A DNA stretch of 64,000 nucleotides from Ruditapes philippinarum (lineage: Eukaryota): NCBI RefSeq assembly GCF_026571515.1, contig NW_026859070.1, positions 124,001-188,000 of the forward strand, written 5' to 3'. The first letter of the stretch is position 1. Each line of letters begins with the position of its first letter. Positions 26,201 through 37,600 of the stretch are shown one piece after another. Below the pieces are notes generated by a model. That model was given only the letters and a program-made list of their open reading frames with translations. It ran no database searches and was not told the origin of the DNA. The translations under genes and the position numbers were made by a program.

Positions 26201-28027
26201 TTCAATCTTGGCCTGCACAAAGCACTTTGTTATTTGTCAAATAAGCAAGATTTCATTTCATCACTGTTCATAGTAAAAATGAACTAAAATTCGCTGTTTA
26301 CATATATGCAAGACATAAGACAATAACTCTTATTAATACACTTGTTACTATATATATAGTAACAAAATTGCCTATGATTTCAACTGATTATGAGTGTCAC
26401 GTGACCTATTATGAGTTTGCGGCCCGGGGCTGAGAACTAGTTATCAGCCCGCAGAAAATGTGAACGTGCACAAACTGAAACAATGACGTCATATTTTACG
26501 TCATCAAACAGTTAACTGTAAAAGTGAAAGAAGATTGTCAGCACGAATCGCTTTATTTCTATTATGAGAGCTTAAGCGTCATTAGTACAAACAGATTTTT
26601 GTTACTATTGAAATTTGAAGAAATAATACGACAAATTCATTCCGAAAAAAAAATGAAAATAAAACTTGCTTCTAGATTCTACTGCTTTGAACACACAAAC
26701 AGTAAACGTCTCTGTACAGTACAGAACAGTAGAAGGGTAGACAAGAATTTCAACGAAAGAACTTCAAAGTATTTGTTGGTGTTTTTTTTTGGTTTTTTAA
26801 AAAAAATGCTACTATTAGATCTACCAAGTGTATTAAAGACATTAATACACGTCAGAGTAGGGCCGGAAGGTGATAATCGGCCCTGAATGAATAATGGCCC
26901 TCGGGCTAAAGCCCTCGGTCCATTATTCATTTTGCGGGCCGATTATCACCTTCCGGCCCTCTCCTGCCGTGTATTAACCTCTTAATGTTCCACGATGCGA
27001 TGTTTATGAATATACAAACAGTTTTTGTTCAAATACATGCCTTTGACTACATGTCATTAACTTTGTAAATTGTATATTGTATCAACTTCCTTCAGTGAGT
27101 AAGCCTTTCCTTTTTGTTGGCAAATGAATAGATGTACATATAATTTGTTTTCAAACTAGATTTGATCTAGCGTTTTCATGATATTTTAAATGATATATAT
27201 ATATACACACAATAAAATCATTTTGTTCAACTTTAAACGTCATTTATAGTTACAGAAAAGCTCCTCAGTTTCCATTTCCGGCCGCCTACGATGACTGCCT
27301 AACTGTAACCAATGGTCTTCTGAAACGTACAGCCGATTTCAAAATAAAGGCGGGAAAACTTGTCGTCGCGGGAGATGGTTCCGGCGGAAATTTGGCAGCC
27401 GCCGTGGCTCATGCTACTAAAGGGAAAATACTCATGCAAATTCTTATCAACCCGGCCTTGCAAATCTTTGACTTCGAGACGCCGTCTTATCAAGACAACG
27501 TGAACACACTTCCGGGGTTGTCGTCTGCTTTTAGGAATTCCTATCACTGGTTGTCTTATGCTGGAATTTCCAAAGATTTTTTACAAATGGCGGTTCAGAA
27601 TAACCATATTTCACAAAACAATTTGAATTCTGCCTTTAGTTCTTATCTTGATAGCAAAAAATACTTGCCTAGCTACCATGGTGTAACAAAAAGACAAACC
27701 AAACGAAATAGAAAATCTGCTAATATAATAGTAACGTCTGCTTTTAACGGTATAATTGCTGATCCTCGGATAGCACCAATGATGGCCGTTCATATCAAAG
27801 ATGTTCCGAATGTGTATATGATTACGTCACAATATGACGTATATAGGGACGAGGCCATCATGTATACACACAGGCTGTTTGACGCCGGTGTGAAGGTTAA
27901 ACTTGAACACTACCATGAGGCTTTTCACGGATTTTTCATGTTTTGTGGATATGGGCCAATCGAATTTGAAGTGAGCAAACAGGCGTTAAATACACTTGCT
28001 GATTTCTTGAACAATATGGCACAGTAA
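23240..28027 (+). CDS. AADAC/NCEH1-like (HSL-family alpha/beta hydrolase), ~412 aa, N-terminal membrane anchor; nucleophile elbow GDGSG
   Basis: Exons 23240-23242 (ATG|GTAAGT, the least certain exon), 24201-24353, 24854-24970, 25441-25564 (YFHGGGW), 26066-26129 and 27250-28027 (DYRKAPQFPFPAAYDDC, AGDGSGGNLA, YDVYRDE, FHGF). Total 1239 nt, open frame. Confidence 0.9.
23640..23874. mobile_element. Palindromic MITE, Sola-like, 235 bp
   Basis: GAGCCG...CGGCTC termini, 4-bp TSD ATTT, nearly fully self-complementary. Confidence 0.9.
26330..26984. mobile_element. Non-autonomous hairpin-containing element (possibly Crypton-like) in an esterase intron
   Basis: ~135-bp palindrome at 26842-26977, and alternating TTAATACAC / GTGTATTAA motifs at ~26333, 26828, 26842 and 26969. 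Confidence 0.5.
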
Positions 28028-28630
28028 ATAGTAACGTAATTAATTACATCACGAAATATGACGTCAATGACCATACAAGACGAAATTCATTTTTAACAAA
28101 AATAATTTAGACTATAAAGGTCCAAGAATCAAATAATAACATTAAAACTTGTTTGTTTTTCCTTCTTTGTCTGTTTAGAAAGGTAGTTGGTAATTTGAGC
28201 CACTCGAATCTTCTTACTGGAACTGAGCATTAATAGTGCTATATAAAGATACGTGGTCGTGGCACCAGTGGGGCTCGAACCAACAATCCTGGGTTGTGAG
28301 GAAGGCACTTACTTACAAAACTGCCGACCCATCTGTTCTAGAATCTCACCATTTTGAACATAAACTTCTTAATTTCTAAGAGCATGAATAGTGATTTAGG
28401 CCTGCTCGGGTTCCGTACTCATTGTGTGTTAACGGAACATTAGGTTTTTAACACTTAACCTTCTTTGTTCAGAATGTAAAATGGATAAAAATCGTTTAAG
28501 ATAATGAGTGTAAGTAGGGTTAAAAGTAATGAACACGATATAAACGGATAAAGTTCATTAAAAAAATCTATTACATGTACATACGTTTTAAAAACTATTC
28601 ATAACTATCAATTTTTAAATCATAAAGTAT

Positions 28631-31600
28631 CTAATGAGATGAAAATTCGTTTTTCTGAGCTAATCTTGCCGTGACCAGTATTTGGTCTCCATCTAAAAAC
28701 GCGTGATTCAAGAGATCACGTGCCGTTCCTCTGTTGCGTGCATCAACTACGAGACACGTGTCTATAAAAGATTTCAGTCCATCTGATAGTTTGTTATATT
28801 TCTTTATAGTTGGTCTACCATTTCTTTTTATAAGTTTCATAGCACGTGTTCCTTCCTCATGTATATATGGTGGTTCTCCGTCAATCATTTCTATAAGTGT
28901 TATACCATAGCTCCATATATCTATTTTATAATCATACGGTCTCCTGAAAAAAAAGAATGGTTACAGTGTTAGCAATATGGCAAATGTTTGAAAATTCTAT
29001 AACAAAAATAAATGCTTAGATTTACACAGAATTTTATTTAACAATACTTATACATTAGACATATATTTAACCTGTCGCATAAACACGTAGTTTTGGCTTG
29101 CCAAACGATGAATTAGATTCTAAAAATATCTTTTTATTACTTTTCTGATACTGTTATACTTATATAGTTCATACATTAGCATAAACTTAAAAGAATTTAA
29201 AGGAAAATGTTTGAAAAGTTTGCCCAAAAGTATTTTAAAAATATTTTATCAATGTCATGTAGTTACATGCCAAGTGAATTTATTTAAGTGTAAGAAAGAA
29301 ATGGAAGACTGTATATAAAATGTATTTCATACATACCTTGCCACCACTTCCGGTGCCATAAAGCACGGTGAGCCAACCAGTTCGTTCTTCTTGGCATTTT
29401 TATCATGAATGTAGCTGGTACCAAAATCCGTTATCTTTACTCTCCCATATATATCAACTAACACATTGCTGCTTTTGATATCTCTATGAACTATGTTCTC
29501 TTTATGGAGATAGTCCAAACCTTTCACACATTGACTAGATATGAAACAAATATGTCCTTCTTCTAACGCTACATTTCTTATAATCTTCTTTAGCGAACTA
29601 CCATTCACGTATTCCATGACAAGCCAGAATTTCTTTACAGCTTCAACATAAATCGCATCTAGAGCGGTGACAACATTATCATGGTAGATCTTCTTCATTA
29701 TGGTCACCTCGTTTGCCAACACATTAAATGGCTGTTTTTTAACCTCTAATATCTTGATGGCAACCATACAACCGTTCTGTTTCGTTTTGGCTAGAATCAC
29801 GTGACCAAAAGTTCTGCAAATATAGTATAATGTGAAAAGCTGAATACATTGCGAATTAAGAAGATTTGTTTTAAAGATTTTTGGACACGGGTATCAAATA
29901 TGAATGTACAATTGTCGTGGTAGCTATAACTCAGACTTTAGATATGCGCGTTAAACCATGACACCCATTGATGTTGATACATTATAAAGTTTTGACATTG
30001 ATACATTGGTTTATAACAACAGTAGGATTTTGATAGTAATATACTGTATGATAACAACAGATAAATATATGACCTCGACATTGATGTCACACCAATAGAC
30101 AAATAATAAGTTTATAATATTGATACATCACAACATCAGTAAAGTGTACATGTATGTCCTTGACATTGATCCGTCCAACTAACAAACTATTTGTCCTTCA
30201 CATTGAAGCATCACATTAACAGACAAACTACATACTGATAGATCAAGCAAACGTCCTTGACATTGGTACGTCTCCCCAACATACAAAAAATAGTTAAAAA
30301 CAAACATACTTACACTCATAGATAAATTGTGAACATACATGTAGATATAAAGGTGATACTTACCCTGAGTCTATTAACTTTATTGGAGAATATTTTCTTT
30401 TGGGATCATCGCCACTTGACAGATTTCCTAACAAAGTTTAACAAATAATGCAACATTACAGACGAGAAAAATAATGTGACATAGAGAACGAGGAAACATA
30501 TTCACTAACGAACAACATGGTATAAAGTCATAATGTTTGGGAATATTTGATTGATCATTTAGAGCTTTAATGTAAAATGTTTAGCTTATATTGATCACAA
30601 TAATTACGAGCATTGTGTTCGTTTATCAAGCCTTGTATTTTATATGCACCAAAATGATTAAAATGTATTTTTAACCCATGAACCAATAAACTTGTCCATT
30701 ATTTAGGACAAAAGCATTTACTTGTACACGGTGCCTATACCAATACCAAAAAACTAAAAGTACTAAAACCAATACAAAAGACGGTCCAGGTTTTATATTT
30801 TTTCATAACTTTTTAAATATATTATTATTATATACTTATGAATGAACTATTGATGAAATATAATGCGTATTTTCATTTTTCGTATTTTCACAGTGAAATT
30901 TTTTTTTCACTGCTGTTAAACATATTTTCCGTATTTTCACTGGTGTCTTGCTGGACTACTTTCTTCTAATTTCTGCCAGTACACAATGTTTAAGGGAAGG
31001 TTTTTTCTATTAATACAGGATTTATTTTCATCGAGTGGTATGAAAATAAATATTTCGTGAGTGGCGGTAGCCCCTGAAATATGATAATTTTCATACCACA
31101 AGAATATCCTCTTTTTATCTTGTATGGAATAAAATGTAGAGCCTGCTCATTCTAGTGTGGAACCATGAAAAGAATGATTCTTGATCTTCTGATTGTTTGA
31201 GCACTCGCGGTTTTACTTTATGTAAAATACTGTTTTTTTTTACCCTTAAACTTTCTATGAATGTTTTATTTACTAGAAAGGGTGGGTTCAACACTTTACC
31301 CGATTCTATTAAAACAATGGAAGAAAATAAAATTTGAAGCGTCTATTGTACACCATGCATATCATAAAATGTTATGTGGTGTAGGCACAGTGATTCATTA
31401 TTTTTACGGCAAATTTCAAATATGTGCTGACTGGATAGCCAAATTTGCTTAGGAAAATTTACATTCTGAGAAAATGTTTCGTTTACTTACTTAACATTTT
31501 GTGATACAACATGTCGACAGCTCTCGGCTGAACACGTGACTTTGTCTTCGACACATCCTGCAACAAAAAGATAATGTTCAATTAAATGTTTTGAAATCGT

Positions 31601-34600
31601 TTGTGAAAGAGATATTTAGAAATTACTTACACAAGAAAATACATGTATAAAGATTAATAACTTCTTTCAGTAAAGGTTATTTTAATGGCCTATATAAACT
31701 GTTATATGCAATATAACCCTCATTTTGCAGCTTGGGTTATATATACAAGCAGCCGTTTATATTTGGCCATATAACCTGTCAACAATTTTAATAAATAGTA
31801 AAATAGTTAATGGTTTTAACAACGAAAGTTTCAATTCAGAACAAAATGATATTATCTGAGATATATCACATGCAGCCGTTTATATTGGGCCATATAACCT
31901 GTCAACAATTTTAATAAATAGTAAAATAATTAATGGTTTTAACAACGAAAGTTTCAGTTCAGAACAAATTGATATTATCTGAGATATATCACATGCAGCC
32001 GTTTATATTGGGCCATATAACCTGTCAACAATTTTAATTAATAGTAAAATAGTTAATGGTTTTTACAACGAAAGTTTCAATTCATAACATAACATAACAT
32101 AACATAACATACATGTATAGTTTATTAGCATAATATGTGTTTACATACATACATAGCCATTTACAATGCAAGAAGTACAGACATGAAATTTTTAACAGAA
32201 GAACATGATCAAACAATTCAAAAAGGATAAGTATATTGATAACATGTACATTCAGTCAATTTTCAAAAAACAATACAAATTTTCAACTGTGACTAGATCA
32301 GTAAATAAAAAATAACTATAAAAATTGCGTTTCTTTGATCATTATATAGTATGATAGTATAAAATACTAAAGAAATCGCCAGTGTATTTAAACATTGTTA
32401 TTGGTATTTCGTAGTTGAAAGGCAGAATATATGAATTTAGCAACATTGATAATACATTTTGAGGATTCGCATGATAGAAGGGTTATGAACTTTTGGATTG
32501 ATGGCCATCTACAATAATATTGTTTAAAGTATTTGGTTCTTAGTTCACTATATTTCGGGCATACTAATAAAAAATGATACTCATTTTCAATCATGCGCAT
32601 ATTACATTCTTGGCAAATTCGAAGGCGTCGATCGACATTTGTGTATCTTCCAGTTTCGATAGCTAGTTGATGAGAAGACAATCTAAATTTAGATAATGCT
32701 ATTTGATATTTTCTTTCATTTATACATTCTAGATATTTTTCAAAATTAAAAGTATGTTTAAATAGACAGTATGAAGATAATCTGTTAGAGTTGTTGATAT
32801 TAGTGTACCAAGATTGTTTATAAATATCAAGGATTCTCTGTTTGATAAAATAATAAGGGATGACTATATTAGTTTGATTAATCCATATATCAGCCAATCC
32901 TACTTCCTCTAGAATATGTTTTATCTGATAAGCCCAATTCATGTTGTTATATGTAATATTTTGATTTGCATCATTTGACAACATAAAATAAACCTTTCTT
33001 ATTAATACATTGGTAGATGTCAATATTTTAATCCAGTATTTAATCATCAATAGTTTTCTATATATTTTCATAGGTACTCTTCCAACCTCACCATATAGCC
33101 CTTCTAGATTTGTAGATTTTTTTACACCAAGCACCTTACGTAAAAATTTACAATGTATCAACTCAATAGCTTTTGATTCGTGATTTCCCCATATTGGTGC
33201 ATTATAATTTAGGACTGATCCAACTAGGCTATCGAACAGATTACATTTATCTTTATTGGTTAATTCTATTTGGTTGAAAATAATGAACAAGTTGTGTAAA
33301 GCATATGATGCGTTGTAGCAACGCTATATGTCGCAACGCCGCTATATGTCGCAACTAACGCTAAATGTCGCAACGCTGACGCTATATGTCGCAATCAACG
33401 CTATATGTCGCAATCGCCTACCGCTAAATGTCGCAACGTTGCCGCTATATGTCGCACAAAAATCGATTGCCGCTAAATGTCGCAACCCCTTGACGCTAAA
33501 TGTCGCACTTGGTGGAAAAGTCAAATCAGATCAGGCACATTGACCGATTGGTTTCCATTTATATTTGTAACAAAACTACCTTTCACAAATACATATATCG
33601 CATTAACAGAGGTTATATCGGTAACAAAATGAAATTAAATATAAGCCGCGTGAATTCATATCGTTACTGCGTGATGTGTCTTATTACTATTTAATACAGT
33701 GGAACGGACAACAAACATCAAAATAGTTGGTAGCGGGACACTTGAAGGTCAAAGGTTAAATTCGTGTCCGCTCCATAACTTTTTCATTTATTATGCTAAT
33801 TTGATCAAACTTCACACAAATGTTCACCGGCATTAGATATTGTGTCCCATGCAGCATCAAGGTCACACTTGAAGGTCAAATTCTTGTCCGCTCCATAACT
33901 TTATCATTTATTATGCGAATTTGAACAAATTTCAAACAACTTGTATATAACCCAGGCATTCCGCACCGTCGGTCTATTTGAAGCATTGTCCTTAGCACCA
34001 CAACAGTTTTCTGACCAATGAAAAGCACACACGTCACAATAACATCAACTAGGTATAACAGAAACGTGATACTTTAATATAATATATATAATTATACAAG
34101 CGTAAATGGCTGCGAAACAATTGTTTGATGGAAAGGCATGAAAAACTGTTATTAAAAAGGCAGCTGTTGAGTTTTACCAAATTGCTTAACAGCATGTTAA
34201 AAGCAAAAAAATGTATTACTATGTTACACCACGAAGTTATAAATTACAATCTGATCTTAACATTTTACTGGGTTAAAGAGGAATCGTTACTATAGTATAA
34301 TTTTAATAGTAAAATATTCCTTATCACACGGTTTATTTGATTGTAACGGGTCTGGTCAAAAACTTTAATGCGTTAAATATAAAAAAATATACATTTCTTC
34401 ATAACGAACTTGTTTTCTTGTTTTAAGGCAAAAAAATTAGATGGATAGTTTCAGATATACAATTTTGTATTATGAGAATGTAACACATTTTGCGTGTTTG
34501 TCCAATACAAAACAGTGCCCCTTTAGATACAGACAGGTCAGGTAACAAGATTCTATGCGTCATCATTTCCTGAGCTTTATTGTCTAGTTCCATGATATTT

Positions 34601-37600
34601 AGTCTCGATTACCTACCCCCTACACAAGAAAATCTGAAATCGTCCAGTCCATTGGATGTTTACGGACATGAGAAAATACTTTCTTTTCATTTGACAAAAA
34701 TGAAAAATAAAAATGTTTTGCAACAATGCGAGAAATTTAAAATGTGCCCCAAAGTGTTAAAATTATGTACGAGACATTTTTTATTTACTTGTGTTTTTAT
34801 TGGGAACACGCAAAATAAATCGTGTAGTGCCGCAGTAAATCATGTGTGTTATATAAAATCATATAAGACTTGGATGCTTCGCAGCCGAATAAAGGCACTG
34901 TGACGCCGCATAAAAGTCCTGTCGCATAAACGGGTTCAAAGTCATTGATGCGGTGATTTTCCTCGCATAATAGTAGTGAACACGTTTATGCGGCTAGGCG
35001 CAATGCATAAAGCGAAAATTGCTTTTATGCGGCGCAGCAGTGCCTTTTTGCCACATAAAGAGGTTACACCTGAGTTTATATATTTTCAAGCCAAACAAAG
35101 TAAAGTATTAATATTTCAACAACTTTCGATAATAATTTATCCCTTAAACAGGGATTCCATTGTAAACTACTGTAGAACGGTTCTAACACATTAAAGTAAA
35201 TGAATCTTATTTTATAATTTTCTTTCATATACAAAATCGAGTTACTGGTATGCCTAGATGCCTCTAAAACCTGCGCGCCTGTTCCGACAAATGCGGCGGC
35301 AAATTTTCACGATTTAGCGAAATCAATTTCACGACATAATAAAAATTTAGTACACAACCGAGCAAACTTGCGTGGCCTGTCATTAACAATTATCTCTTAA
35401 AAATGTTTAAAATGACGTTACGAATGATCATAAATGTCCGTCAGTCCAATAAATGGTAAAAAAATATGTCATACGCCGATTCAATTTTGATTGACACGTT
35501 GCACATTTACATAACCTTGGCAGGAGATAAATGTTTTTTTTTATATTTATATTATTTTTTAACGTCAAAAAACACCCCGTCACTAAAACAAAAAAGTCTT
35601 AAACATTTTAATTGTTTTTATGCGGTGACAGGGTACCTTTGTGCCGCATAAAAAGTATTTCTTTAATGCGGAGAAAATCACCGCATAAACGACTTTGAAC
35701 CAGTTTATGCGGCAAGGCCGCAATGCGGCGGCACAAGGCACCGCAAGAAATAAAATACACGTTACTGTTATACAGTTAATAATGTGGTAAGATACCATGA
35801 TTACAAAGTCAAATCAAAAAAATAAACTCAAGTTTGTGCAAATCATTTTAATCCATATTTTCCAACAAGAACAAGTATATTGAAATAATTGATACTGTAA
35901 TGATTAAGTGAACAATAATATTCATAAACGACTAGTGTAACCGTAAAACTACATAAAACATTATATGGCACTAGAGTTTTAGTGCAGTTTGTGTGTTATC
36001 ATTTTAAGAATAGTAAATTATAAACTTCATAAAAATTATGTACAAATCTCTCATTTGTAATCAAAGAAATAAAACAAAACTTTTGGAAATCAAACTTTCA
36101 AATATAAACGAAGTACAATGACGAAAACAAATTCTTAGTACTAATTGTGATATTTAAAAAAAAAATGAAATCCAATGTTATATCAGTTTCAGCTTTCACC
36201 TATCTCATGTATTTTAAAACATTATTATATGACCTACAAACGTTCATTGCCTTCTATACCATATATCTTCAATTTCAAACCAACATATGGCATCAACGCA
36301 AAGACGAAGGTGTAACCAGGCATTTGCCCAACGAGATTCTCTAATTATACGTCTTATTTCGAGAATTAGGCCAGTAAATCTTCCAAAATTCATAAGCAGT
36401 CTCCTTACACTAACAATATTCGGTGCATCACTCATAATATCCGGAGAAATGTAAATGCGCGGCATTTGTGCATCACACAGACTAACAACATTGCTTAGAT
36501 GGCACCGATTAAGGACGTATCTTGGTGCAGGGTTGCCATTTAAACAGTATCGTATAATTTTAACCTGAACAAGAAGTGGTAAATCATTAAAAATAAATGA
36601 ATTCCGAAGGTTTCTATGCCCTCGACGTCGAATATTTTCCACAAGGGAACGTAAAGTAAGCAAATCATTATTTACAGGCAGTTTACTATTATCAGTGTAA
36701 TTTAGTCCATTATCTTTGTGTATATTTCCTAAGTTCAGCATTATCATCGTGATGTTGGAAATGTTTGATTATAATACAGTATATTATGGAACTCCATAAA
36801 CGACAGCCAACTGTTGACTGCTTACTGCGCGCTGCTTACACTATTGCTTACTGCCTACCGTGCGTTGCGCGTATTTATTTGCAATGTATCAGCCAAAGGA
36901 TTCCGACCGAGTTATCAACGATTTATTGCACAGACACGCATAATTATTTAGGTTTTGGTAAATTTAATGCTATAAGCAGTGAACAATAAGCAGTAAGCCG
37001 TCAGCAGTTGACAGTAGGCAATTGACAGTAAGCAGTTGACAGTAAGCAGTAGGCAGTTAACAGTAGGCAGTAGTTACTGTATGTGTATTTAAATTCGCGG
37101 AAGCAAATTTTCGCGGAAAGGTCCACTTTGGGGGTCTATACAAATATTCGCGCTAAATTGAATTCGCGGAGGTGACTGCCAAAAATCATAAATTCGCGTA
37201 GACCACTCAGGTTAAAAAAAGAAAAATTACTGTAATCATCGTGGGAGTTCACAGTTATTTTTAATACCAGGTGTCAAACAATACTCTTTTGAACAGAAAA
37301 AAGACGTTGTCTAGCGGACAGATTATAGAAAACAAAAGAATGCCCGTTAACGTGCATAATTTTTCACAGTTTGCGTCATAAACGTCTTAACATCTGATCA
37401 GAGCATGTTTTGGTTTTTCTGAACAAACAATTAAAAAAACATAAACATAAACGATTTTAAATGATCAATAACTTGGAAAACAAAACACAATTACACAGTA
37501 AAGATTTAAATAAAAAGTGTGAAAGCATATCACATACTGATATACATTGAAGTAGACAGTAAGCAGTCAACAGTTGGCTGTCGTTTATGGAATTCCATGT

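Noticed and set aside
28253-28310. tRNA-like sequences (also ~43660, 56680, 57200 and 10940)
   Set aside because: Only B-box/T-arm remnants are present, with no full cloverleaf; they are SINE-like fragments.
33314-33518. Short repeated units resembling a CRISPR array
   Set aside because: These are subrepeats within eukaryotic transposon TIRs, with no unique spacers and no cas genes.
33328-33543. Paired 71-aa ORFs here and at 38745-38960 ([10 protein letters not shown]...)
   Set aside because: They are translations of the repetitive TIRs, not genes.
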